NCBI GenBank assembly: GCA_965140445.1
Contig: OZ223236.1
Coordinates: 2,848,001-2,912,000 of the forward strand
Source: Candidatus Ozemobacteraceae bacterium
Lineage (GTDB): Bacteria; Muiribacteriota; Ozemobacteria; Ozemobacterales; Ozemobacteraceae
Length of the DNA: 64,000 nucleotides
Direction: 5' to 3'
Both the position numbers and the translations under genes were made by a program. The notes below the pieces were generated by a model. The model ran no database searches, was not told where the DNA came from, and worked only from the letters and a program-made list of their open reading frames with translations. Positions 16,618 to 26,795 of the stretch are shown one piece after another. The first letter of the stretch is position 1, and each line of letters opens with the position of its first letter.

Positions 16618-19600
16618 CTACATGCCTGTAAGCCTGTCCCCGATAATTGAAATTGCTCCAAATTCATTGTCTACCTTGCCTGAAATTAAAAAGACTCCTC
16701 CTTTGCCTAACAAGCGGGCATTTCTTTTCCATGCTCCGGGAAAAAAAGTGATTTCGGTAAGTCCTTTTTCATCTTCAAATGTTAAAAACTTCATTCGGTC
16801 GCCTTTTGAGGTAGTTACAGATTTTGCCGCTACCAACAACCCCACAGTTGAAACCTTCTTGCCAATATTTTTTGCAATCAAATCAGATGAAATACAGTTT
16901 AGTGGTTTGTCAAACAGCTCAACAGGATGTCCTGAAATGGCAAATCCAAGTGATTCAAGCTCGGACTTAATAATTTCCTTGCGGGAAGGGTATACGCAAA
17001 ATTTGTCAGGTATTTTCTGCTCTGTAATGATCAAGGAGCCTTCAGGCATAATTTTTCTATGCCATCTACATTGGGCAGGACTTCCGAATTCAGATAAAGC
17101 GCCAGATTTTATAAGATTTTCGTATTCTGAGGAATCGGGCCGTATTCTAAACAAAAAGTCAGACAAGCTTTCAAATTTCAAAATCTTTCTTTCACGGAGG
17201 ATTTTTTCTATCGTGCTGGTCTTGAGGTCTCCTATAAAAGATAAACCGGTAATTATTCCGTCTTTAAACGGAGAAAAGCCGTCATCACTTGTATTTATCG
17301 CGGGTGGATATAATTTTAGGCCAAGCCTCGAACTCTCTGAAATATAAGCTTGCGTTCCATAAAATCCTCCTCGATTGTTGATGGTTGCACTCATATAAAG
17401 AGCTGGGAAGCGTGATTTAAGCCATAGCAATTGCATGGATAAAATGGCATAAGATGCGCTGTGAGCTTTGCAAAAAGCATATCCGCAGAAGCTTTTAACC
17501 TGTCGCCAGATTTCAGAAGCTACTTTTTTGCTTAGGCCATTTTTCATTGCTCCGCTTATAAAGTCATTCTCGACGGCAATCATATTTTCCTGGCTCCGCT
17601 CTTTACCACTCATGGCACGTCTAAGATAATCCGCTTTGGTAAGTGAAAAACCAGCAATCCTGGCAGCAACCTTCATCACATCTTCCTGATAGACCATTAC
17701 GCCGTGAGTATCGGCAAGAATTTCGTCCATTTGTGGGCTAAGGGAAGTCCATTTTGCTTCTTTTCGATGTCTTTTTATGTATTCCTGCATCATCCCACTT
17801 TCTGCTACTCCTGGTCTGATAATGGAGCTTGCTGCAACAAGGCCTTTAAAGGTTGAACAAGAAAGCTTTCTAAGCAAATTGCGCATTCCAGGGGATTCTA
17901 TATAAAAAACTCCCATGGTTTGTCCGTTTTTAAGGAGTTCTGATGTTGTTCTATCATCTTCAAGATTTTCTGGAAGCATTATTGGTGACAGGTCCTCACC
18001 TTTGTTTAGAAGCGCTTGAGTTACGTCAGAGTAAACTCCCAGCGCTCTTTGAGAAAGAATATCAAGCTTTACCAGACCTGCTTTTTCAATAGCCCGCATT
18101 TCATATTGTGTTGCATTTAAAACCTTTGAGGAAGGACTGGTTGCACAAAAATCAAAAATTGTTTCAGGCGCTATTACCAACCCTCCAGCGTGAAGTGAGC
18201 TGTGGGCGATAAGTCCCTCAATTGAAAGAGACATTCGCAGAAGATTTTTTATTTCTGGTCTCTTGAAATCATTTGGATCCAACTCTGGCCTGGATTTAAA
18301 CGTTTCCCTAAAATCTGAAAGGCTTCTGAAGCCGATTGCTGATGTGATTTTGCTTAATTCATACTCGGGGATTCCTAGAGTTTTGGCGGTTTCTCTAACC
18401 GCTCCGCGCCCCCTGAATGTCGTATGGGTTGATATAAGAGCTACTTTGTCTTTGCCCCATTTTGCTTTGAGATAATCGTAAATTTGGTCTCTTACTTTCC
18501 ATGAGAAATCAAGATCTATGTCAGGTGGGGATTTCCGGCCTTTGTTTAAAAACCGTTCAAAATAGAGATCATGCTTAATTGGATCAATTTGGGTAAAATC
18601 TAAAGCATAACTAATGAGACTGTTAGCGGCAGAGCCTCTTCCTAAAACTCGGTGCCCAAGCTCGTTAGATTTTCTGGTTATATCATGAACCACTAGAAAA
18701 TAATCCACTAAACCCATTTCTTTAATCAGATTAAATTCTTTTTCAAATCGACTTAAAACGATCGGGGTTAATTGCTTGAATTTTGCTTTTAACCCATCCA
18801 AACTTAGTTCATAAAGAGTCTTTTCTGCCATTTCTTTGTTATTGTAAAAATCAGGCATAAAGAATTTATCAGTGGAAGGAATATAGGTTGGTTGAGAGAC
18901 AAACTCAAAGCTGTTTTTTATTGAAGCAAGGTTTCCTCCGAAATGCGATTTATCATATAGCTTCTTTGATGGAAAAATGGCTTCTATTGGTTCAACATCA
19001 TTAAACAGAAGATTATTTTTTACTGCTTTTATCAGCCTAAGTTTAATAGCATCCTCTGGCTGGACCGCATTTAAAATTAATTCAGCAATATCTTTGATTT
19101 TGAAATTACGGGAAACCTGTTGAAAATTTTGCCAGTCTGCTACTGCGGCTCTAGGCTCAATTCCTGCGTAGAGCTCCCAATTTGATTGATGTAAAATTTT
19201 TATGGCTTCAATTGGAGTTTTAAGAGAAACTATTGCGCGACCATAGCCTTGAATTTCCTGAAGATTTTGTAAAAGCATATCGATTAGATATGCACTATTC
19301 GTTTTTTTATTGTGGCTGAAGTTTTGAATAATCACAATTTTCGCACTTAAGAATTTATTCAGCCAACGAAATCCTGTTTTATCGTCGGGGTAAAAAATTA
19401 TTTTAAAAGAATCTGAAAAGAAAATTTCTATTCCGTAAAGCAATCTCAGATCAAGTCTTTTAGCGGCATCTATGGCGCTTATTAGCCCTCCCATAGAGTT
19501 TGAATCAGTTATGGGAAGGTAATCAAAGCCAAGGCTTTTCATTTTTAATGCAAGCTGCTCAGGAAAAATTACGCCTTCGCCAATTGAAAAAGCACTTTTA

Positions 19601-19626
19601 AAGCCAACAGGAAATAAGTCGCTCAT
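16618..19626 (-). CDS. dnaE2: DNA polymerase III alpha-family protein, DnaE2-like
   Basis: GRGSAANS, FERFL, PDIDLDF, KLDIL, VYQEDVM and GYAFCKAHSASYA motifs; C-terminal OB fold; 1002 aa with a degenerate PHP domain. Confidence 0.8.
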   Translation of the reverse strand: MSDLFPVGFKSAFSIGEGVIFPEQLALKMKSLGFDYLPITDSNSMGGLISAIDAAKRLDLRLLYGIEIFFSDSFKIIFYPDDKTGFRWLNKFLSAKIVIIQNFSHNKKTNSAYLIDMLLQNLQEIQGYGRAIVSLKTPIEAIKILHQSNWELYAGIEPRAAVADWQNFQQVSRNFKIKDIAELILNAVQPEDAIKLRLIKAVKNNLLFNDVEPIEAIFPSKKLYDKSHFGGNLASIKNSFEFVSQPTYIPSTDKFFMPDFYNNKEMAEKTLYELSLDGLKAKFKQLTPIVLSRFEKEFNLIKEMGLVDYFLVVHDITRKSNELGHRVLGRGSAANSLISYALDFTQIDPIKHDLYFERFLNKGRKSPPDIDLDFSWKVRDQIYDYLKAKWGKDKVALISTHTTFRGRGAVRETAKTLGIPEYELSKITSAIGFRSLSDFRETFKSRPELDPNDFKRPEIKNLLRMSLSIEGLIAHSSLHAGGLVIAPETIFDFCATSPSSKVLNATQYEMRAIEKAGLVKLDILSQRALGVYSDVTQALLNKGEDLSPIMLPENLEDDRTTSELLKNGQTMGVFYIESPGMRNLLRKLSCSTFKGLVAASSIIRPGVAESGMMQEYIKRHRKEAKWTSLSPQMDEILADTHGVMVYQEDVMKVAARIAGFSLTKADYLRRAMSGKERSQENMIAVENDFISGAMKNGLSKKVASEIWRQVKSFCGYAFCKAHSASYAILSMQLLWLKSRFPALYMSATINNRGGFYGTQAYISESSRLGLKLYPPAINTSDDGFSPFKDGIITGLSFIGDLKTSTIEKILRERKILKFESLSDFLFRIRPDSSEYENLIKSGALSEFGSPAQCRWHRKIMPEGSLIITEQKIPDKFCVYPSRKEIIKSELESLGFAISGHPVELFDKPLNCISSDLIAKNIGKKVSTVGLLVAAKSVTTSKGDRMKFLTFEDEKGLTEITFFPGAWKRNARLLGKGGVFLISGKVDNEFGAISIIGDRLTGM

Positions 19627-19826
19627 GAGGAAAATATATCACAGACTTCCAATATCAAGAAAAAATTGGTTATAATAAATTGTGATATTACAAAATAATA
19701 TTAATTTAAAAATTTCTGTAACCTTATGTGTCGTTTGATCGTATTATTAATTGTGAGAAGGTAAATTTTGTTTTTTGAACAAAGTGTACCAGTTAATAAA
19801 AGAGTTTTACTTTTTGGAGGGTAAAA

Positions 19827-21110
19827 ATGAAATTTTGGAAGACAATTTTCCTCGTAATTTCCGTTCTTTGCATTTTCTCTGGCGTTGCTATGTCACAGGA
19901 CACTGGAGACGAAACAAATGAAGATCCTGCTACAACTGAAGCAGCTCCAGTTCCAGATAATGCTGAAATGGCATTAGGATTTGACAGTGGAGCAACCCCT
20001 ACTTTGCCTGCCAATTTCCGTGGCGGTGACCCAGACACTGGATTAGTCCATGCATTGGAAGATGTATATTATGAAAAGCAGGAACATTCTCTTATTTATA
20101 ATGCCAATGCCGCAGAACTCGCTGAAGGCGCAAAATTTGAGTCTGACCCAAACATTACCTGGGATACCAAAGTTAAAGACGATGACGGAAACTGGACTAC
20201 TCAGACTTCTCAAAATACAAATGTTGCCAGAGATGGCGGAAAGTTTTTTGAACCTGGAGAATATCAGATAGGAAATAGCGGAGCAAGACAAGTTGCAGCT
20301 GGTTCTGGTGGTGCAGAAGATACATCCGGTTCCGAAGGCGGAGCAGCTTCTGATACATCTCTTGTTGACGAATCTGGTGAAACAGGAGAAGGCGGAACAA
20401 AGACTGTTACTGCACAGCAATCAATGGGCGTTTTGGTTCATGATTCAACTTCTCCTGATGTGTGGGTTGCTTTCCAGGAAGGTGCTGGTAGTGTAGATAT
20501 GGCCGAAACAGAAAAAGAATTGCAGACTGAAATAATGACAAAAATTATTGAAAAAGCTGGAAGACCTTTTTCATCAAATCCTGAAGATTTTGAAGAAGCA
20601 AGTTATCTATTTGTAGATGAAGGAACTAAGGATGAAAGAGATGCTGATCCACTTAAAAAGACAGCCAGACTTTCAATTGCCGGTCCTCTGTTTAATGAGA
20701 GAGGTGCGCCAAAATTTGAATCAGGTCTTGTTCCTTCTAAACCAGATGAAAAAGACATGACCCAGCAGGTTCACGTATCTGGAGGCCCAGATAAGAATCT
20801 CAAGGGAGTTTTTGTTAGAAGAAATGTTCCTTTCATCTTTGCCGCAATGGGTGTTGACAACGGAAACAAACGTGGAAACATTGCTGAAGTTGCTTGCAGA
20901 ATCGAAACTGCTGATGGTAAAGAAGTTGAAAAGGAAGAAAATGCTTTCTTGTTCAGAGTTCCAAACTACCCAAGAGAAGAATACAAAGATCAGCCTGAAT
21001 ATTATTTTGTAGCTCTGGGATCAGATAAAGAGGGTAACATTACTACCATTAGACTGCCTCTTTATGTTATGAATACAAAAGTATCTTATGAAGGTGGAAG
21101 CAACGAGTAA
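19827..21110 (+). CDS. Secreted acidic hypothetical protein with an Ig-like signature
   Basis: GGAGG RBS, signal peptide, VHDSTSP...DKEGN motifs. Confidence 0.8.
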   Translation: MKFWKTIFLVISVLCIFSGVAMSQDTGDETNEDPATTEAAPVPDNAEMALGFDSGATPTLPANFRGGDPDTGLVHALEDVYYEKQEHSLIYNANAAELAEGAKFESDPNITWDTKVKDDDGNWTTQTSQNTNVARDGGKFFEPGEYQIGNSGARQVAAGSGGAEDTSGSEGGAASDTSLVDESGETGEGGTKTVTAQQSMGVLVHDSTSPDVWVAFQEGAGSVDMAETEKELQTEIMTKIIEKAGRPFSSNPEDFEEASYLFVDEGTKDERDADPLKKTARLSIAGPLFNERGAPKFESGLVPSKPDEKDMTQQVHVSGGPDKNLKGVFVRRNVPFIFAAMGVDNGNKRGNIAEVACRIETADGKEVEKEENAFLFRVPNYPREEYKDQPEYYFVALGSDKEGNITTIRLPLYVMNTKVSYEGGSNE

Positions 21111-21134
21111 ACTTATTTTTGAGGTAGTACAAAA

Positions 21135-22160
21135 ATGAAATTTAGGAAAACATTTCTTGTTACAGTAGCATTAATATCGGTCTCACTAATGCTGCTTGCT
21201 CAGGCGAATGACCAAAACGCAGCAGAAACAAATGATGGTCCCAAATGGCTGAAGGGAGTAACAATTTCTCCGTATCCTGAAGAATTAAGCCCAGTTTTGC
21301 CATGTAAGATTTATGATGGTAATGGAGGCGCAGTTCCAGGAACTTTTACAGAGGATGTTCCCATAACAGTTATGGCAGATTCAAAGATATTTGAAAATTT
21401 GCCTCCCTCTGAGTATAAGGGAAAGCCAATTGAGAATTCGGTTTGGGCCGATAAGGTTGCAGTTTCCTGGTATTTTATTGATTGGGAAGAAAATAAAAAT
21501 ACCGAAGCTTCAACAACTTATGATGTCGCAGCTAATCAAATGGTAATAACCCCTTTAAACCCCACAGGAAAAGGAGCTGTAACCTGCCATCTTGGGCGAA
21601 GAATGAGATATAATAATTCTGAAACAGGAAAGGTTAAAGTTACTTTTTGTAATTCAAGTGGTGCGAAAGATGTAAGAGTTCTGGATATTACTCCTCCAAC
21701 TTGCGGGTTGGAAGTAAGTGTTAAACAAAGTGGCAAAGCAGGCGTTTTTTGGGCTGTTGAAAACCCTCCCAATAAATATCCCTTACCTAAAATTGCAGAT
21801 ATTTATTTAAGCGGCCCATTATTCCTTTCAGCCGGAGAAGCAGAAACTTTGGTCGTTCCTTCCCTGGAGTTGGGCGCGAATATGATCGTAACACCAGATA
21901 AAGCTGCCTTACATGTTCCAGCAGACGCTATTTTAACTTTCAAAATGGTTGGTGGCGATAATTACAAGCTTGATGATCAGAAAGTAAAATTTGGTATTTG
22001 TGCTGGAGCAGGCGGAGAACCAGTTCCAGTCGGGACAGTAAATCCTGCTGAGATAGATTTAAAATCTTTAAATCTTCCTGATGACCCGCATGTTTATATT
22101 GATGCAACTGATCTTGCCGGAAATAGACAGGTTGCATTTGTGCCAATAAAGATCAATTAG
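21135..22160 (+). CDS. Secreted hypothetical protein with an Ig-like signature
   Basis: GAGGT RBS, signal peptide, VLDITPP...DLAGN motifs. Confidence 0.8.
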   Translation: MKFRKTFLVTVALISVSLMLLAQANDQNAAETNDGPKWLKGVTISPYPEELSPVLPCKIYDGNGGAVPGTFTEDVPITVMADSKIFENLPPSEYKGKPIENSVWADKVAVSWYFIDWEENKNTEASTTYDVAANQMVITPLNPTGKGAVTCHLGRRMRYNNSETGKVKVTFCNSSGAKDVRVLDITPPTCGLEVSVKQSGKAGVFWAVENPPNKYPLPKIADIYLSGPLFLSAGEAETLVVPSLELGANMIVTPDKAALHVPADAILTFKMVGGDNYKLDDQKVKFGICAGAGGEPVPVGTVNPAEIDLKSLNLPDDPHVYIDATDLAGNRQVAFVPIKIN

Positions 22161-22169
22161 TTGCCATTT

Positions 22170-22216
22170 AAGAAACTGCCGGGTCACCATTTTGGTGTTT
22201 CCCGGTTGTTTCTTTT
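22170..22216 (+). terminator. Probable terminator
   Basis: AAGAAAC..CCGGG.CACC...GGTG...CCCGG..GTTTCTTT imperfect hairpin. Confidence 0.6.
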
Positions 22217-22268
22217 CTGGCGAAGTCAAAAAAATTATGTTATCTATAAGAAAAAAATGGGGTAAATA

Positions 22269-22907
22269 GTGGCTTTTGAAACCAAAAATAGAAAAAAAGG
22301 AATGACCTTTGTTGAGGTCATGTTAGCCTTTCTAATTTTGGGAATGATTTTTCTTCCAATTTTTACATTTCTAACTGGCGCAGTTAAGGATACAGAAAAG
22401 TTTTACACCGAGACTATAGCCATTTCCAGGGCAAAATTCATAATGGATTCAATTATGTTTCAGATTCCCTGGCGAGCAATTAGGCAAGGTAATCCATGTA
22501 GATTTGAAGATCCTAAAGACGTTGCTGGAATTAATGCTTTTTTGCGTAAAGCTATTCCCAGAATGTTTGGAGATGGCTGTGAAACGCCTGATAGCGACGT
22601 CTTTGTCGGAGATGGAATCTATACAGATAGAAAAGGTTTTAAATATAGGGCAAGGGTAAAGGTTGTTGATCTTGATTACGACTCTACCTCTGACCCAATT
22701 AAATTTCCAATCGAAGTTCCTGGTAAACCTTTACAGGTATTTAAGATAAATGAATTAGTACCGAAAGACGCTGATGGGAAATATAATTTAATTAAGAAAA
22801 TTGTTGTTCAAGTTATGTGGTCTAACAAAAAGAAAACTGACCCACTTGATGATTCACAGGCGAGAGAATTATTTCTTGTAGCTTTTAAATCAAACCTGGA
22901 GGGCTAA
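22269..22907 (+). CDS. Type IV pilin/pseudopilin (PilV-like)
   Basis: RKKG|MTFVEVM class III signal peptide. Confidence 0.85.
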   Translation: MAFETKNRKKGMTFVEVMLAFLILGMIFLPIFTFLTGAVKDTEKFYTETIAISRAKFIMDSIMFQIPWRAIRQGNPCRFEDPKDVAGINAFLRKAIPRMFGDGCETPDSDVFVGDGIYTDRKGFKYRARVKVVDLDYDSTSDPIKFPIEVPGKPLQVFKINELVPKDADGKYNLIKKIVVQVMWSNKKKTDPLDDSQARELFLVAFKSNLEG

Positions 22908-22908
22908 C

Positions 22909-23442
22909 ATGGGAAGAAAAGGTGTAGCTATAGTTGTTGTGCTTTTCTTTGCTTTTTCAATTGCCCTTCTTTTGTTTTTTATGGCAAGATCTAATACTAA
23001 TCTGGCTTATCAAAATAAAAAGACTCTAAGACAGATGCAGGCTTATTACCTTGCTCACTCCGCCTTACAGCACACTAAGCTTCAGCTTAGGCTTCTTCCA
23101 AAAGAGACTTATGAATTTTTTAACAAGGGTGGAACAGGTAATCCATACTATCTTATAGATTCCTCAAACTATCCACCTCTTGCCATGGGCGGTTTTACCA
23201 AGGAAAAGATGAAATACAATCTTTTTGGTAAAGACAAAGCTCCAGATAAAGAGTTTCCGTATGGTGGAAGATATTTCGTTGAAAAAATGGAGCTACAGGG
23301 CTCTCAGGACAGCATGAAATTGGTCCAGGATGGCTATAGAATTGTAGTTAAGGCATCAATTAATGCCGGCAAAGGTAAGGAATTTTCTGATGAACTGGGA
23401 GAAACAGTAATTGTTTCCAGATACACAGGTGGTATCAAATGA
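22909..23442 (+). CDS. PilX/GspK-like minor pilin
   Basis: RKG|VAIVVVL (no E+5) and QAYYLA motif. Confidence 0.75.
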   Translation: MGRKGVAIVVVLFFAFSIALLLFFMARSNTNLAYQNKKTLRQMQAYYLAHSALQHTKLQLRLLPKETYEFFNKGGTGNPYYLIDSSNYPPLAMGGFTKEKMKYNLFGKDKAPDKEFPYGGRYFVEKMELQGSQDSMKLVQDGYRIVVKASINAGKGKEFSDELGETVIVSRYTGGIK

Positions 23443-24509
23443 CCTTATATCATACAAAAACTAAATTTCAGGAAGCATTCTTGAATCGAAAAAATGGATT
23501 TACGGTTCTTGAAGTAATGCTTGCTGTGTTAATGTTAAGTCTTTTGTTTGGCTCTGCATACGGTGTAATGAGATATTCACGCTCTGAAACCGAAAAAGGT
23601 TTCTGGATTCAATCGGCCATTACTCAACTTAGAAATGGTACTCGCATGATAACTTCCAGGTTAAAGCAAACCTCTTATCCGTCAACAATAATAAAAGATG
23701 GAGCTGGCAACGAAAAGGTAATTAGCTTTAAGGAAAAGCGTTCCTATGATGCAACCGGACGTTTGAGGGATCTGGAAGTAAATGATGATGAAAGTTATGA
23801 AATGCATGTGTTGCTAAGTGGCAGCGCGCCAATTAGCCCGGGGATTTCTGATCAAACACTAATGTATTTTCCGATTTGTACGCCTGAAAAAGATGTGATC
23901 GGTGGTTACGAAGAAGGGACAATTCTTTGGGTTGAGTTACAGCTTAGGCCGGCAAAAGATTATAAATATTCTGGCCTTGGAGATTTATACATAATTGAAA
24001 GAACAGACACATATAATACCAAATCTGACCCTGATGATCGGGCTTTTGGTTTAAGTAAGGGCTATAGTAAGGATTTACCACTTAAGAAAGAACAGGTTTT
24101 GGTTTCAGATGTCAGGGAAGTAGAAATTGATTCTTATGACATTAAAGAGAGCAGGGGGATTTACGTTACCAAGAGTGGCCAGAAATATGAAAAAGAGCGT
24201 AAGAAAATCTTGCTCTCAATGGAGATCGCCTGTCGCCATCCCAAAGACAAAAATGTTTGGCTGAGCGATCAATGCTCAATTATCAATAACGTTGATCTGG
24301 TTAAGCTTGCAGGGTCCAAAATTATTGAGCTTGTTAAAGTTATTGCTTCTGGCCCTTCTGGTTCTGTAGTCATAAGCATTAATGGCGTTGAGAAAACATA
24401 TACAGTAGGATCTAAAGTCGGAGAATACGAAGTTTCTTCAATTCAGGAGAAGTCAGTTGGTCTGGTTATGCCAGGGTCCGATATTGAAAAATTCATTGCT
24501 TTGAAGTAA
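23439..24509 (+). CDS. Type IV pilin/pseudopilin (PilW/GspJ-like)
   Basis: RKNG|FTVLEVM class III signal peptide. Confidence 0.85.
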   Translation: MTLYHTKTKFQEAFLNRKNGFTVLEVMLAVLMLSLLFGSAYGVMRYSRSETEKGFWIQSAITQLRNGTRMITSRLKQTSYPSTIIKDGAGNEKVISFKEKRSYDATGRLRDLEVNDDESYEMHVLLSGSAPISPGISDQTLMYFPICTPEKDVIGGYEEGTILWVELQLRPAKDYKYSGLGDLYIIERTDTYNTKSDPDDRAFGLSKGYSKDLPLKKEQVLVSDVREVEIDSYDIKESRGIYVTKSGQKYEKERKKILLSMEIACRHPKDKNVWLSDQCSIINNVDLVKLAGSKIIELVKVIASGPSGSVVISINGVEKTYTVGSKVGEYEVSSIQEKSVGLVMPGSDIEKFIALK

Positions 24510-24559
24510 TGGTAGTAATATAATAGTTTATAACTCTTTGTAATACATATAGGCGAGAA

Positions 24560-25108
24560 ATGAACCATACTTCCTTTATTCTAAAAATTGGTCTTATTTG
24601 TTGTTTTATAGCTTTTTTTTCAATGGCTAATGTTTTTCCAGTGTTCGCAGAAGCAACAAATGGTTCTGCCCCGGTTAGTAGTATTGTTACTCCCAATTCA
24701 AACATAAATACCAATAATCATCTAGATAACGATGAGTCGGCAAAGCACATTCATTCAACTTCTGATGAAAATGAAGCTTTTTGCGATGACGACTGTAATG
24801 TCGACCATGATCACCACCATCAGCACGACCACCCAGCTCATGGCGAATCTGGACAGGTTTGTGATGACGACTGTGATGTCGATCATGACCATCATCATCA
24901 CCATCACGATCACTCAGCTCATGGTGAACCTGGGCATGTTTGTGATGATCATTGTGGACACGATCATGCGGCCGAGATTGCAATGAATCAGCCGGATACC
25001 CTGGAAGAAAAAAATAAGGCTTTAAAACGAAATGCCACTTATATGTCAGTATTCGCGATCATTTTTGTTGGGATTTCAACTTTCTTAAGAAGAAGAAAAC
25101 GACTATGA
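24560..25108 (+). CDS. His/Cys/Asp-rich exported protein with a C-terminal membrane anchor
   Basis: Signal peptide, CDDDC..DHDHHH repeats, TM helix followed by RRRKRL. Confidence 0.8.
   Translation: MNHTSFILKIGLICCFIAFFSMANVFPVFAEATNGSAPVSSIVTPNSNINTNNHLDNDESAKHIHSTSDENEAFCDDDCNVDHDHHHQHDHPAHGESGQVCDDDCDVDHDHHHHHHDHSAHGEPGHVCDDHCGHDHAAEIAMNQPDTLEEKNKALKRNATYMSVFAIIFVGISTFLRRRKRL
24782..24967 (+). repeat. Intragenic ~78-81 bp tandem repeat (about 2.3 copies)
   Basis: TG(C/T)GATGACGACTGT.ATGTCGA.CATGA...GCTCATGG.GAA.CTGG.CA.GTT repeated. Confidence 0.8.
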
Positions 25109-26031
25109 AAAAAATTATTGAAATTGAAGATGTAAAGTTTGCTTACAATGCTGGTTCTGAGATTTTAAAAGGAATTAATCTCGAAGTCTTTCAAGGCGAA
25201 ATTATGGTTCTTCTGGGGCATAACGGTGCTGGGAAAACTACCTTAATGAGATTAATTCTGGATTTTATCAGAGGTTATTCCGGTAAAATTCTTATAAATG
25301 GTAAAAGTTCCATTGACCCAGAGTCCAGGGCTAATATCGGATTTATGTCTGAGCATCCCGTTATTTATGACTTTGAAGATGCAAGGGGATATCTGAATTA
25401 CTATGCGAGCTTAATTGATTCTATTTCTGTAGAAAAAGAAAGAATTGATTATCTGCTTGGCCTTACTGGTCTGGATGTGCATAAAGATAAAAAATTGATT
25501 TCCTACTCAAAGGGGATGCTTCAAAGATTAAATCTGGCGCGTTCTCTTTTGAATGATCCAGAGCTGTTAATAATGGATGAGCCTATTATCGGTCTTGACC
25601 CCATAGGGCAGGAGCTTATTGCTAATGTTGCTCAGGAAAGACGTAAGGCCGGAAAGTCTGTTTTAGTAAATACCCATTCTGTTAGTTTCGCTGAAAAATT
25701 GGCCGATAGAGTTGGTTTTTTGATGGGTGGCGAGTTAAAGGTAATTATGGATAGGTCAGAGTTTATGCGCAATAGTTTTCCAATGATGATCTATTTCAGA
25801 GCTGGAGATGAGACCGACCAAAAAAAGCTTTTTGATGATTTTCCAGAAGCAAAAAAACAAGAAGATGCTATTGCTGTGACGATTTCCAGGGAAGAAAATT
25901 ATAAGGATTGTATGCTGAAAAGTATTGAGCATGGTTTAAAGCTTGTTGGAATAAGCTCAGCGCATTCAATACTGGAAAAAAAATTCCTGGAATATGCTTC
26001 AGTTCTTAAAAAAGAGGACAGAACAAGATGA
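25105..26031 (+). CDS. ABC transporter ATP-binding protein
   Basis: GHNGAGKTT, YSKGMLQR and MDEPIIGLDP motifs. Confidence 0.93.
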   Translation: MKKIIEIEDVKFAYNAGSEILKGINLEVFQGEIMVLLGHNGAGKTTLMRLILDFIRGYSGKILINGKSSIDPESRANIGFMSEHPVIYDFEDARGYLNYYASLIDSISVEKERIDYLLGLTGLDVHKDKKLISYSKGMLQRLNLARSLLNDPELLIMDEPIIGLDPIGQELIANVAQERRKAGKSVLVNTHSVSFAEKLADRVGFLMGGELKVIMDRSEFMRNSFPMMIYFRAGDETDQKKLFDDFPEAKKQEDAIAVTISREENYKDCMLKSIEHGLKLVGISSAHSILEKKFLEYASVLKKEDRTR

Positions 26032-26795
26032 AGAAGATTTATAACGTCGGAAGGCAGATATTTAAAGGTTGTTTGAGAGCGAAATCATTAAGTCTCATAT
26101 TGTTTTTTGTTATAACCCTGGCATTCTTCACTTCCATGCTAATGGGAAGTGATAGCGAAAATAGGGCAAGTTTAATTATTGATTCAGGTCTTTCTCTAAT
26201 CAAAATTTTTACGTTGCTGCTGGTAGCTTTTATTGTTCTTCCTGTTATGAAAGGGGAAAAGGAAAGGCATACGTTAGCCGCTACGCTATCTTTTACTATT
26301 TCAAGGACAAAATACCTATGGGGAGTATTTGCAGGCACTAGCGCTGCCTTATTGTTGAATTACGTAATAATGAGTTCGGTTTTCTTATTTTCGCTGTTTT
26401 TCTTGAAAATTTCATTTGGAATCCTTATTTTGCGACAGCTGTTTTTAACTTTACTTGAACTGTTGGTAATTAACAGCATTGCTTTACTTTTTTCAGTTTG
26501 TCTAAGTTACGTTGTAGCAACCATGGTCACAGGAGTTGTTTTTGTTATCGGGAACATGACTTTTTCATTGCAGCAAGCAATTATGGGATGGGAAGGCTCT
26601 TCGGTTCAGAACTTTTTGAAGTTTTTTACTAATTTGATTCCAAATTTAAGCTTGTTTAATCTTAAAGATCTTGTCATTAGAAACGCAGTAATTCCTTATT
26701 CATATGACCTTACGACTTTAATTTATTCAATAGCAATAATTGCAATTGCTATGGAGTTTGCAACATGGAAGATAGAGCGGGAAACAATTCTTTAA
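26028..26795 (+). CDS. ABC-2 type permease (PilI-like)
   Basis: About 6 TM helices; EKERHTL...SRTKYL and LIPNLSLFN motifs. Confidence 0.85.
   Translation: MKKIYNVGRQIFKGCLRAKSLSLILFFVITLAFFTSMLMGSDSENRASLIIDSGLSLIKIFTLLLVAFIVLPVMKGEKERHTLAATLSFTISRTKYLWGVFAGTSAALLLNYVIMSSVFLFSLFFLKISFGILILRQLFLTLLELLVINSIALLFSVCLSYVVATMVTGVVFVIGNMTFSLQQAIMGWEGSSVQNFLKFFTNLIPNLSLFNLKDLVIRNAVIPYSYDLTTLIYSIAIIAIAMEFATWKIERETIL

Noticed and set aside
16622..17347. 241-aa plus-strand ORF (and the many other short antisense or overlapping ORFs)
   Set aside because: These are shadows of well-supported genes, with no RBS or motifs.
24782..24967. Repeat as a possible CRISPR or DNA-level element
   Set aside because: It is in-frame, varies mainly at synonymous positions and has no unique spacers, so it is a protein repeat.
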